Virus record (IMG/VR): IMGVR_UViG_3300005713_000004
Span: 12,734 to 76,733 of that record
Source: a virus
Lineage: Duplodnaviria > Caudoviricetes
Length of the DNA: 64,000 bases
Reading direction: 5' to 3' (one strand)
Below the pieces are notes generated by a model. The model worked only from the letters and a program-made list of their open reading frames with translations. It was not told where the DNA came from and did no database searches. Every line of letters starts with the position of its first letter. The stretch's first letter is position 1. Position numbers and translations under genes: made by a program. Below are positions 8,912-17,307 of the stretch, one piece after another.

Positions 8912-9351
8912 GGGAGGATCTCCAGTCGGACGGAGCGGGTGATGTCGTGGCCGTTGTCGTCGAGCAGCGCGACCGGCTCCGCGCGAACCTCGATCAGGTC
9001 CGACGGCGGGCGGCGCGTGGTGGTGGCGGTGGCGCGCATGAGGGTCATGTGGTGGGCGACGGCGACCGCGTCGGCCGGGTCTTCGGCGATGTGGACCCCG
9101 ACGACCTGCTCGTCCGCGTAGTGGCCGACGAGCAAGATGTACGCCTGCGTGCGCGGCTGCTCCGGGTCGGTGGCGCCCAGCCGCTCCGCTTCGCGGGCGA
9201 CGGCTTCGCGGTAGGCGTGTCCGGTGTCGCGGACGATCAGGCAGGCGGCGCGGTGACGGAGCCCGGCGCCGGTGAGCCCGGCGCCGATCGGGCAGGTCAT
9301 CTCACAGTCGTCGCGGGCCTCGAAGTAGTTCGCGGGGGTGAGGGTGTCCAT
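8908..9351 (-). CDS. Hypothetical protein
   Basis: AGGAG SD; coupled to next gene. Confidence 0.65.
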   Translation of the reverse strand: MDTLTPANYFEARDDCEMTCPIGAGLTGAGLRHRAACLIVRDTGHAYREAVAREAERLGATDPEQPRTQAYILLVGHYADEQVVGVHIAEDPADAVAVAHHMTLMRATATTTRRPPSDLIEVRAEPVALLDDNGHDITRSVRLEILP

Positions 9352-9406
9352 CGGGGTTCTCCTGTAGTGGGGCCCCGGCCCCCGGGGTGGGGGCCGGGTC
9401 CGGCGG

Positions 9407-9535
9407 TCAGTTCTGCGCTCGCCACGCGGCGGCGTCGGCGCAGGTCTCGCAGTGCCCGTCGCACTGCGGGTCGCCGCAACCGGCGGGGGAGGTGTCGGGG
9501 CGGGGGATGTAGATCCGGTGGCCGCTGCTGCTCAT
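9407..9535 (-). CDS. Small Cys-rich protein (CGDPQCDGHCETC)
   Basis: Downstream of promoter, SD-like AAGGA. Confidence 0.5.
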   Translation of the reverse strand: MSSSGHRIYIPRPDTSPAGCGDPQCDGHCETCADAAAWRAQN

Positions 9536-9581
9536 CTGTCCGGTCCTTCCGTTGGGGCCGCTGTCCGGCCCGACACGACAG

Positions 9582-9645
9582 ACATTACACGCCCCCCGTG
9601 GGTCACGCAACCCCCTTGCGTGAACCCACGGCAGGCGTGTAACGT
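9582..9645. promoter_or_regulatory. Back-to-back divergent cassette promoters
   Basis: Minus TTGCGT-17-TAATGT (9610-9582); plus TTGCGT-18-TAACGT (9616-9645). Confidence 0.75.
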
Positions 9646-9652
9646 CTGCGGC

Positions 9653-9991
9653 ATGACGACACGGACAGCACAGCCCCCCGCCCCACCGAAGCCGGTCCAC
9701 CTCACCCCCGGCGAGACCCGGGGCACGTGGACGGCCGTTGACGGCCGGTTCACGATCACGACCTACCGTGCCGGGCGAGGCGCCACCGCCGACGAGCGGG
9801 AGCAACAGGCCGCCGGAGCGCTCGACATCGTGGACACGGCGCGGCGCAACATCCTCGGACACGTGGGTACCGACACCGCCCGCGTCTACGACCGCGAGGA
9901 CGCCGTGGGCGCCATCACCCGCGTCCTACGGATCGAGCACCGGGACGCGGTCCGCCTCGCCGAACTCCGCGTCGCCCGGCGGGTGATCTGA
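9653..9991 (+). CDS. Hypothetical leaderless protein
   Basis: ATG 7 nt after -10. Confidence 0.7.
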   Translation: MTTRTAQPPAPPKPVHLTPGETRGTWTAVDGRFTITTYRAGRGATADEREQQAAGALDIVDTARRNILGHVGTDTARVYDREDAVGAITRVLRIEHRDAVRLAELRVARRVI

Positions 9992-9993
9992 TC

Positions 9994-10221
9994 ATGTGCT
10001 CGAACACGAAGCGGCACTTCCGCGACGAGGGCCCTGCGCTCGCCGCGATGCACCGGATGATCCTCAACCCGCAGAACCGGCGCCACCACAACCCGTGCCG
10101 GGTCATCCCCTGCGACCGGCACTGCGGGGAGTACGTGCTCACCTCGTCCCCACAGCGGGCGACGAGCGGGCGAGGCAGGACGAACGGCGGGAAGGGCTCC
10201 CGCCGGAGCGGACGGAGGTAA
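9994..10221 (+). CDS. Small putative Zn-binding phage protein
   Basis: CRVIPCDRHCGEYVLTS resembles phage CxxCxxxHLTS family. Confidence 0.55.
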   Translation: MCSNTKRHFRDEGPALAAMHRMILNPQNRRHHNPCRVIPCDRHCGEYVLTSSPQRATSGRGRTNGGKGSRRSGRR

Positions 10222-10226
10222 CGACG

Positions 10227-10586
10227 ATGGGCCACACGATCGGGCAGGCCGGGACCCGCGAAGAGCAGCGGGTGTTCATGGTCGCCACGCTGGACGAGGA
10301 CGCGACAGTCCTCGTCTCCGGATACCACCGCAAGCAGGAGTGGCGCCCGACCCGGGTGGCCGCGACGTTCGAGCGGGACCGCCCGAACACCACCGGGCCG
10401 TGGAACTCGTGGACGATGATGTCCGCGCACGTGAGCGGGTTCAACCTCCGGAAGGACGGGTCCGCAGGCGCGGACCACCGCGAGCGGCTGTACAGCAACG
10501 ACCGGGGCGGCCCCGACGTGGCCGCCGCGCTCGCCGACATGGCCCGGCTCGTCGAGGCCCACGGCGTCGACCAGCCCGAAGCCTGA
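10227..10586 (+). CDS. Hypothetical protein
   Basis: GGAGG SD. Confidence 0.7.
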   Translation: MGHTIGQAGTREEQRVFMVATLDEDATVLVSGYHRKQEWRPTRVAATFERDRPNTTGPWNSWTMMSAHVSGFNLRKDGSAGADHRERLYSNDRGGPDVAAALADMARLVEAHGVDQPEA

Positions 10587-10597
10587 CCGGAACGACC

Positions 10598-10631
10598 AGC
10601 AGCCCCCGGACCACATGGTCCGGGGGCTGCT
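10598..10631. terminator. Bidirectional hairpin terminator
   Basis: AGCAGCCCCCGGACCA...TGGTCCGGGGGCTGCT. Confidence 0.75.
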
Positions 10632-10636
10632 TCGTG

Positions 10637-10747
10637 TCGCGGCGGTGGGACTCGAACCCACGACCTCCGGGGCCTCCCCCGGCGCGCTGCTCGTGATCCG
10701 CTGGTCGTACGCCCGGCGGGCGAGGCTTCCGGCTGCGCCACACCGCG
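10637..10747 (-). ncRNA. tRNA-Pro-like RNA lacking an anticodon loop, with 47-nt D-loop
   Basis: Acceptor CGCGGTG/CGCCGCG + A73, D stem GCGC/GCGC, T arm GTGGG-TTCGAGT-CCCAC, variable loop AGGTC; anticodon arm is CCGGGG-GAGG-CCCCGG. Confidence 0.7.
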
Positions 10748-10775
10748 AGCCCCCACAGTAGCCGTGGACACGGCC

Positions 10776-11633
10776 TCACGACCAGACGAGCCCCACGACG
10801 TTGACGTAGCCGCCTCCGGTCCCGAGGACGAGCGGGGCGGTCATCGTGATGGTGCAGCCGGTCGCGGTGAGCGTCCCCGACTTGAGGACCATCGTGATCG
10901 AGCCCAGCGTCCCGCCTCCGGGCTCGCGCAGGATCGCGATCGAGGTCGGGACGGCGCCTGCGCTGGTCCACGTGACCGCGACGTCGGTCGGGGTATTCAG
11001 CGCGAGCGCAGGCACCGCGACGCGGCCGTGGACGAGCCGGGGCCGGAGCGCTTCGAGCGCGGTCACGCGGGTGGTGAGCGCGGCGACCGCAGCGGCTGCG
11101 GCGTCGGCGGTGGTCTTCGCTCCGGCCGCTGTCGCGCCCGCTGCGGTCGCGGTCGACTGGGCGGCGGCTGCGTCCGTCTTCGCGGTGTTCGCCGTGGACT
11201 GGGCGGCGGAGGCTGCGGTACCGGCTGCGGTGGCGGTGGTCTGTGCTGCGGCGGCTGCGGTCGAGGCTGCGGCGGCTGCGGCGGTCGCCTCCGTGGCGCT
11301 CGTCTTCGCGCTGTCCCCGGTGGCCTTCGCGGTGTCGGCGGCCGTCTTCGCCGCAGCAGCGGCGGTCGAAGCGAGCGCGGCGGCTGCGCTCGCGGACTGG
11401 GCGGCGGTCGAGGCGGCTCCGGCTGCGGTGGTCGCGTCGGCGGCTGCGGTCCCGGCGGCGGTGGCCATGGTCCGGGCGTTGCTGGCCATGGTCCGGGCGC
11501 TGTCCCCGGTGGCCTGCGCGCTGTCGGCGGATGCCTGTGCCGCAGCAGCAGCGGCGGCGGCTTGAGCAGCGGCGTAGGACCGACGCTCAAGCTCGATCAG
11601 ACGTTCGGTGACCGGGCCGGTGATCTGGCGCAC
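10776..11633 (-). CDS. Ala-rich coiled-coil fibre-like protein with C-terminal beta domain
   Basis: GGGAGG SD + GTG; long A/T/S heptad-like run, then RVTALE and beta-rich C-terminus. Confidence 0.7.
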   Translation of the reverse strand: MRQITGPVTERLIELERRSYAAAQAAAAAAAAQASADSAQATGDSARTMASNARTMATAAGTAAADATTAAGAASTAAQSASAAAALASTAAAAAKTAADTAKATGDSAKTSATEATAAAAAASTAAAAAQTTATAAGTAASAAQSTANTAKTDAAAAQSTATAAGATAAGAKTTADAAAAAVAALTTRVTALEALRPRLVHGRVAVPALALNTPTDVAVTWTSAGAVPTSIAILREPGGGTLGSITMVLKSGTLTATGCTITMTAPLVLGTGGGYVNVVGLVWS

Positions 11634-11730
11634 GCTCGACCTCCCGTCGGCGCGGGCGGACACGAGGACAGGGTAGGGCGGGGCGCCGGGCGACGCACCT
11701 TCCCCACCGTGGATTACCTTGCCAAACCTT

Positions 11731-11822
11731 CCGTGGATTGTCAACCCGCCTGGTCCGATCGGGTGACAATCCACGGAATCCACGCAGGGGGCTTGCGCGT
11801 GTCCACGCCTTGCGGGTAATGT
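11731..11822. promoter_or_regulatory. Divergent promoter/operator region
   Basis: Minus TTGACA (11744-11739) within CCGTGGATTGTCA/TGACAATCCACGG inverted repeat; plus TTGCGC-18-TAATGT (11793-11822). Confidence 0.7.
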
Positions 11823-11862
11823 CTCTCATGTCAGGCAAGCCCCCCCCGCCACGGAGGACACG

Positions 11863-12555
11863 ATGAGCGACAACGACACCACCACCGGCCCCACCTACCG
11901 ACTCACCCGCGAGGACTGGTTGCACCGGGCGACCGACATCCTCCGCCCGATGTTCGAGCAGGTGGGCGCCACCCTCCCCGACGTGATCCACCTGTCCGTC
12001 GGCTTCGGCGGCTCCGGCGCCGGGAAGTACGAGCGGTTCGTAGAGGGCGTCACGTGGTTCCGCGCGGCCGACGCCTGCGGCCACAACCACGTGTTCATCT
12101 CCCCGACGCTGGGCGACACCGCCCACGTCCTCGAAGTCCTCGTTCACGAACTGTGCCACGTTGCCACGGACAACGTGGGTGGTCACGGGGGCGAGTTCGC
12201 GGAGTTCATGACCCGGCTAGGCATGACCGGGCGGATGACCACCGCGCAGGCGGACGTGCCGTTCATGGCGGAGCTGATGGTCATCGCGGCGGAGTTGGGC
12301 GACTACCCCCACGGGGCGCTCGACATGGCGCCCGTCAAGGTCGAGGCGCCGGTGGGCCCGGACGGGATCGAGATCCCGGTCGGGCGGCCGACCAGCGGCC
12401 CGAAGGCGCAGACAAACCGGTGGATCTCGTTCTCCTGCCCCGTCCACGACGCGCCGGTCCGGATGTCGCGGACGAAGGCGGCTCTCGGCGCCCCGTACTG
12501 CGGCCACCGGGACGAGCAGGGCGTCCCGTGCCTCACGGAGATGGTGGCGCGGTAG
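11863..12555 (+). CDS. SprT-like zinc metalloprotease
   Basis: VLVHELCH (HExxH) then GHGGEF; C-terminal CxxH/C ribbon; GGAGG SD. Confidence 0.85.
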   Translation: MSDNDTTTGPTYRLTREDWLHRATDILRPMFEQVGATLPDVIHLSVGFGGSGAGKYERFVEGVTWFRAADACGHNHVFISPTLGDTAHVLEVLVHELCHVATDNVGGHGGEFAEFMTRLGMTGRMTTAQADVPFMAELMVIAAELGDYPHGALDMAPVKVEAPVGPDGIEIPVGRPTSGPKAQTNRWISFSCPVHDAPVRMSRTKAALGAPYCGHRDEQGVPCLTEMVAR

Positions 12556-12651
12556 GCGGGTGGACACGGCCCCCCGGCTGCGGCCGGGGGGCCGTTCTGC
12601 GTCCTCGACCTGCCGCAGGTCGTGTCCACGGTCACGAGTCGGTCACGGGGC

Positions 12652-12680
12652 TTGCACTTCCCACGGTCGCCGGGTAATGT
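12652..12680 (+). promoter_or_regulatory. Cassette promoter
   Basis: TTGCAC-17-TAATGT. Confidence 0.7.
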
Positions 12681-12727
12681 CTCTCATGTCGGGGGGAACA
12701 GCCCCCCACCACCACCCGGAGGTCCCG

Positions 12728-13117
12728 ATGATCGCCACCACCGCCACCACCACCCCCTACGCCCCGGCGAAGTTCGCCCGGGTCGTTGCCGCCCTGGTCC
12801 GGCAGTTCGCCGGGCTGGTCGTCGGCGCCGAGTGGGTCTCCGGGCTCGCGCTGGGCTGGGATGTCGAGATGTGGGCGCCGAAGGCGGACCACCTCTCGCT
12901 CGCGCTGTGCCCGGTCGAGGAGGACGGGTCCACCGGCGCAGCCGTGCGCCGGGCGACGATCGTCCCGGGCCAGTACCGGGCGTGGGAGGTCGTGGCCGAC
13001 GGGATCGTGCTGGGCGAGTTCCACGGCCTCGACGCGGCGGTGAGCCACGCGCTCGACCACGTCGCGGTGCCGTGCTGGGCGCCGGTCCAGCATGACCACG
13101 ACGCGTTCGCCGTGTAG
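12728..13117 (+). CDS. Hypothetical protein
   Basis: GGAGG SD, own promoter and hairpin. Confidence 0.7.
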   Translation: MIATTATTTPYAPAKFARVVAALVRQFAGLVVGAEWVSGLALGWDVEMWAPKADHLSLALCPVEEDGSTGAAVRRATIVPGQYRAWEVVADGIVLGEFHGLDAAVSHALDHVAVPCWAPVQHDHDAFAV

Positions 13118-13146
13118 GCGAGCCGGGCCCCGGCTCCGGCCGGGGC

Positions 13147-13252
13147 CCGTGGGTTGTCACCCGATCGGACCACCTCCCCGGCTTGACTTCCCCCGGGTCG
13201 CCGTGTAATGTCTCTCTTGTCGGACACGGAGCCCGGCGGGACAACTCAACAG
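13147..13252 (+). promoter_or_regulatory. Cassette promoter with upstream inverted half-site and boxA-like leader
   Basis: TTGACT-17-TAATGT (13183-13211); GGGACAACTCAACAG (13238-13252). Confidence 0.8.
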
Positions 13253-13264
13253 AGGGAGTCAGGG

Positions 13265-13510
13265 ATGAGCGAGTTCACCCCCACCGGCCGCATGATCGTC
13301 TACGTTGAGTGGGACGTCCGGGCCGGGAAGCACGGGGCCTCCACCGGCGACGTGTGGGCGCGAGCGGACCTGATCGGCGGCGGGAAGGCGGAGTTCGCCG
13401 GGACCGACCAGCAGGTCACGGACTGGGCGCTCAACGTCATGACCGCAGCCGGAGCGCGCGGGATCGCCTGCGAGATCCGGGACGGTCGGGGGCTGGTGAC
13501 GCAGGACTGA
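13265..13510 (+). CDS. Hypothetical protein
   Basis: SD, own promoter. Confidence 0.7.
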   Translation: MSEFTPTGRMIVYVEWDVRAGKHGASTGDVWARADLIGGGKAEFAGTDQQVTDWALNVMTAAGARGIACEIRDGRGLVTQD

Positions 13511-13664
13511 CCGGGCGCGAGAGCCCCACTGCTTCGGCGGTGGGGCTCTCGCCGTGTCCGGGCCCGTGCGACCGGCTGAGCGGGCCGGTGCCGGGCGCAG
13601 CGGGCGCGGCTGGGCTCCGGGCCCACCGAAGCGGTCGCGGGCCGCAGGAGACCTCTCACGGCCT

Positions 13665-13771
13665 CCGTGGAATGTCACCCGATCGGACCATGGTCCGGGC
13701 TGGACAACCCACGGTCGACCGGGTAATGTCCCTCGTGTCGGGCCGGTCGGCCCGGCGGGACAACTCAAGAG
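13665..13771 (+). promoter_or_regulatory. Cassette promoter with upstream inverted half-site and boxA-like leader
   Basis: TGGACA-17-TAATGT (13701-13729); GGGACAACTCAAGAG. Confidence 0.75.
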
Positions 13772-13784
13772 AGATGGTGCAGAG

Positions 13785-13937
13785 ATGATCGAGGTCACCG
13801 TGGTTACCCTGCTCCGCCTGATCGCCGCTCGCGCGGACGGTCGGATCGCGGGCCCCACCGTTGACGCGAAGATCGCCGAACTCACCGCCCGGTTCACCGC
13901 CTCCGGCGAGATCGTCGCGGTCCTGAGCGCCGAGTGA
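13785..13937 (+). CDS. Hypothetical protein
   Basis: First ORF after promoter. Confidence 0.55.
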   Translation: MIEVTVVTLLRLIAARADGRIAGPTVDAKIAELTARFTASGEIVAVLSAE

Positions 13938-14002
13938 TCGAGCAGCCGCCCCGCTCCGGCGGGGCGGCTGCCCCTCTCCACCACCTCGACCAGCAGGAGG
14001 AC

Positions 14003-14431
14003 ATGATGGGCACGTTGATCGACAACCCGGACATCGGCTCGTGGCGGCAGCGGCTCGCAGGTCTGCTCGCCGGGTACGACCTCGCCGACCCGCGCGAGCG
14101 GCAGGCGGCCCACGAGGTCGTCGCGGAGGCCGCTGCCCAGACGTCCATGCGGGGTCTTCGGGACCTCACGTTCCGGTTGGGGTACCGGGGCTACTCGCCC
14201 CGGAGCCGGGGCGAGGCGGTCGCGAAGATCGTCGCCCGGTGGGCGGACCTGCCTGCCGAGCAGCGCCGGGCGCCCGACGCCACGGACGCGGATGTCGTGG
14301 ACACGCTGCGGCAGGTGGCGGACCTCGCAGCCGAAGCGGCGGCCGACTTCGAGGTCACCGCCGAGCAGGTGACCCGGCTCGCGCGGCTGGTCCGGTACCT
14401 CGTGGACGTCACGCCCGGGGCGCAGCGGTGA
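14003..14431 (+). CDS. Hypothetical protein
   Basis: AGGAGG SD (alternative GTG 13934). Confidence 0.7.
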   Translation: MMGTLIDNPDIGSWRQRLAGLLAGYDLADPRERQAAHEVVAEAAAQTSMRGLRDLTFRLGYRGYSPRSRGEAVAKIVARWADLPAEQRRAPDATDADVVDTLRQVADLAAEAAADFEVTAEQVTRLARLVRYLVDVTPGAQR

Positions 14432-14643
14432 GGGCGCAGCGGTGGGCGGACCGGCTGCTCGACGTCGCGGCCGACGAGGTGGCGGGGTCGCCGGTGTTTA
14501 GGCAGGTCCGCCGCGACATCGTGGCCGCGTACGCCCCGCAGGTCCGGGCGTCGGTGCTGCGGGAGGTGGGGACCCTGCTCCCCCGGACGAGCCTTCACCG
14601 GGCCGGGTGGGCGGGCGAGATCGCCCGGGACCTCGCCCGGTAG
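14428..14643 (+). CDS. Hypothetical protein
   Basis: GTGA coupling, followed by hairpin. Confidence 0.55.
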   Translation: MRAQRWADRLLDVAADEVAGSPVFRQVRRDIVAAYAPQVRASVLREVGTLLPRTSLHRAGWAGEIARDLAR

Positions 14644-14785
14644 CGGCTGGTCGAGCAGCGGAGCCCCCGGCGTGTCGCGCGCCGGGGGCTCCGGCGTGTC
14701 GCGGGGCGGCGAGGCTGTGACCTGCGAGAACCCGGGGAGGCGACACGCCCGGGTGCACAACACGCCGCGTCCACGCCCCCGGGTG

Positions 14786-14813
14786 TTGACATCCCACGGC
14801 GACCGTGTAGAGT
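14786..14813 (+). promoter_or_regulatory. Cassette promoter (leaderless)
   Basis: TTGACA-TCCCACGGCGACCGTG-TAGAGT. Confidence 0.85.
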
Positions 14814-14820
14814 CTCCCTC

Positions 14821-15225
14821 ATGAACAACGCAGCCGCCGCCCCCGCCCCCCTCGCCCCCACCGCCCCGGCGACCGTCGCCGGTGCTTCGACCCAGGAGGT
14901 CACCATGTCCGCTCTCACCGCCGCCCGCGCCGCCGTCGAGGCGATCGAGGCTGAGGTCCACGACCTCATGGCCTGCGACGACACCGCGTTTGACGCGGAC
15001 CTCGCCGACCGCCACGAGCGGGCCCTTGCCGCCCTCCGGGCTGCGGAAGCGCAGGTCACGGCGCCGCAGGCGGTCCGGTGGGTCGTCGAGGGTCGGCGGC
15101 TCGCGACCCGGCGGGTGCTCCGCTGGGCGGGCGAGGCGACCAGCCGGGCCGACGCGGTGGCGCAGGCACAGGCGAAGTGGGGCGCGGGCGCGCTGGTCGA
15201 CGCGGCGGGCGAGGTGATCCGCTAG
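14821..15225 (+). CDS. Hypothetical leaderless protein
   Basis: ATG 7 nt after -10. Confidence 0.75.
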   Translation: MNNAAAAPAPLAPTAPATVAGASTQEVTMSALTAARAAVEAIEAEVHDLMACDDTAFDADLADRHERALAALRAAEAQVTAPQAVRWVVEGRRLATRRVLRWAGEATSRADAVAQAQAKWGAGALVDAAGEVIR

Positions 15226-15332
15226 GGGCCCGGGGGTCCGGCTTCGGCCGGGCCCCACCCCCTCCGACCTGCGACGATGCGGCGAGCCCGGCGGCTGCGA
15301 CGCACGTCACCCGATCGGCCCACCCCCGGGGG

Positions 15333-15360
15333 TTGACTTCCCACGGCCACCGTGTAGAGT
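15333..15360 (+). promoter_or_regulatory. Cassette promoter (leaderless)
   Basis: TTGACT-TCCCACGGCCACCGTG-TAGAGT. Confidence 0.85.
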
Positions 15361-15367
15361 CATTCCC

Positions 15368-15733
15368 ATGACGAACACCACCGCCCCCGCCGCCCTCCCC
15401 GCCCGCCCGGCTCGCGCCCCCCGGGGCTTCGTTGCCGCCGACCGCTGCGGGACCTGCGACGGGCGCGGCGCCCACCTCGTCCCGGCCGTGGACGGGGACG
15501 GTGAGTTCGTCCTCGACGGGGAGGGCTTCGAGGTCGAGGTCCCCACCACCTGCGAGGACTGCGAGGGCCGGGGCTGGGCGCGGGACGAGCGGACCCCGGA
15601 GCAGGTCCGCGCGGAGGCGGAGGCGGCGAAGGCGGAGCGCATCGCCGATCACCTCGCCTTCGTGGCGGAGTTCGGGTACACCCCGGGTCGGGCCCCGTCC
15701 TGCGGGGGGAACTACTGCCGCTGCGAGCGGTGA
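15368..15733 (+). CDS. Leaderless protein with DnaJ-type CxxCxGxG zinc finger
   Basis: CGTCDGRG and CEDCEGRG. Confidence 0.75.
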   Translation: MTNTTAPAALPARPARAPRGFVAADRCGTCDGRGAHLVPAVDGDGEFVLDGEGFEVEVPTTCEDCEGRGWARDERTPEQVRAEAEAAKAERIADHLAFVAEFGYTPGRAPSCGGNYCRCER

Positions 15734-15811
15734 GGTGGGGCGGTGACCAGGGGAAACCCTGGTCACCGACACGCCCGGCCGGGCGACACGCCGGGGATCC
15801 CCCTCCGGGGG

Positions 15812-15839
15812 TTGACATCCCACGGCGACCGTGTAGAGT
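15812..15839 (+). promoter_or_regulatory. Cassette promoter (leaderless)
   Basis: TTGACA-TCCCACGGCGACCGTG-TAGAGT, identical to 14786-14813. Confidence 0.85.
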
Positions 15840-15846
15840 TACACCC

Positions 15847-16110
15847 ATGACGAACACCGGAACCCCCGCCCCCGCCGCCCCCGCCTACACCGACGCGGAG
15901 GCCCTCGACGAGTCGGTCCTGATGATGCTCCGCAAGGCCCGCCGGGTCGGCGTGCTGGACCAGGTCCGGGCCCTGCTCGGCGACGACGTGTGGGACACCC
16001 TCTGCGCCGCCGAGACCCGGGCCGACGCCCTCCGCTTCGCCGACGAGCGGCGCGGCATCCCCCTCTGCTCCCGCCCCTTCCCCGTTGCCGACGAGGACGA
16101 GGACGCCTGA
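15847..16110 (+). CDS. Hypothetical leaderless protein
   Basis: ATG 7 nt after -10; hairpin after stop. Confidence 0.75.
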   Translation: MTNTGTPAPAAPAYTDAEALDESVLMMLRKARRVGVLDQVRALLGDDVWDTLCAAETRADALRFADERRGIPLCSRPFPVADEDEDA

Positions 16111-16418
16111 CCGGGCGGGGGCTGCGGCCCCCACCTGCGGCCCCCGGTGCTCCGGCTCCGGGGGCCGCTTCGTGTCCACGGCCCGGAGGCGCTGAGCGAC
16201 CCTGTGCGGCCCGCTGCGGGGCGGGCGGGCGGGAGGGACCGGCGAGGGCTGAGAGGCCCGCAGCGGGCCTCTCACGGCTCGCGTGGGGTGTCTCCGCTGG
16301 GCGGCCGGAGCGGGCGGCAGGCGGGCCGCGCGTACGCGGTGACGGGCCCCCGGCGCGTGCCCGCTCCGGCCGCTGGCCAGGGTACCCGCCGGGCGGGATC
16401 GAGGTCGGTTACCTGTAG

Positions 16419-16513
16419 ACGATGCCACATCCGGACATCCCACGTCAACCGTGGGATGTCACCCGATCGTACGAACTTCCGGGCTTGACTTCCCACGGTC
16501 GGCCGGGTAATGT
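16419..16513. promoter_or_regulatory. Divergent promoter pair sharing operator inverted repeat
   Basis: Minus TTGACG-18-CATCGT (16448-16419); plus TTGACT-17-TAATGT (16485-16513). Confidence 0.7.
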
Positions 16514-16560
16514 CTTTCATGTCAGGGGGGAACGGCCCCCCGGGAAGATCGGAGAACATC

Positions 16561-16788
16561 ATGAACGCCGCCACCGCCGCCGCCCTCACCGCCACCCTCA
16601 CCGCCGCCGGGGCGACCGACATCCACGAGGTCTCCACCACCCGCCGCACGATCGTCGCCTTCACCGCCGCCGGTGACTCGATCTTCCCGATCATGGACGC
16701 CCTGCTCGTCGCCTCCGCCGCCGACCGGCACGCCGCGATCTTCACCCACGCCGACACCTCGACCGGCCGCTACCACGTGCAGGGCTGA
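16561..16788 (+). CDS. Hypothetical protein
   Basis: GGAG SD; hairpin after stop. Confidence 0.7.
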   Translation: MNAATAAALTATLTAAGATDIHEVSTTRRTIVAFTAAGDSIFPIMDALLVASAADRHAAIFTHADTSTGRYHVQG

Positions 16789-16846
16789 GCCCTCCGGGCT
16801 GGCCCCCGCCCTCCGGGGCGGGGGCTTCCTGCTGGTCCCGGCAGGG

Positions 16847-16975
16847 TTGACAACACCACGCCGATCGTGTATCGTCTACAGGTAACCGTGCTCGACCCCG
16901 CGACCCGGCTCCGTGGGACGTCACCCGATCGGACCATGGTTCGGGGTTGACTTCCCACGGCGTGCCGGGTAATGT
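16847..16975 (+). promoter_or_regulatory. Tandem promoters
   Basis: TTGACA-17-TATCGT (16847-16875); TTGACT-17-TAATGT (16947-16975). Confidence 0.8.
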
Positions 16976-17013
16976 CTCTCTTGTCAGCAGGGAACGAACA
17001 CCAGGAGGACACG

Positions 17014-17250
17014 ATGTCGAACACCACCGCCGCCCAGGTCACCACCACCGGCCGCATCGCCGCCGCCATCCGGGCCGCCGGGTTCACCATCTCCTACCTG
17101 CCGCTTCCCTCCGGCCGGACCGTGGTCCGGGTTGACGTCCCCACCCTCGACCCCCGGGTCTTCGACCTGATGACCGCCGTGGCGGACTTCGGGGTCACGG
17201 TCTTCCCGGCGGGCGACGGCGAGCGCTGGACGAACGTCGCGGCCATCTGA
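17014..17250 (+). CDS. Hypothetical protein
   Basis: AGGAGG SD; hairpin after stop. Confidence 0.75.
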   Translation: MSNTTAAQVTTTGRIAAAIRAAGFTISYLPLPSGRTVVRVDVPTLDPRVFDLMTAVADFGVTVFPAGDGERWTNVAAI

Positions 17251-17307
17251 GCCTGCGGGCTCCGGCCCCCGCCTCCGGGCGGGGGCTTTCCCGTGCGCCG
17301 AGTGGGC

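Noticed and set aside
10637-10747. Functional decoding tRNA
   Set aside because: No 7-nt anticodon loop or U33; kept only as a tRNA-like RNA
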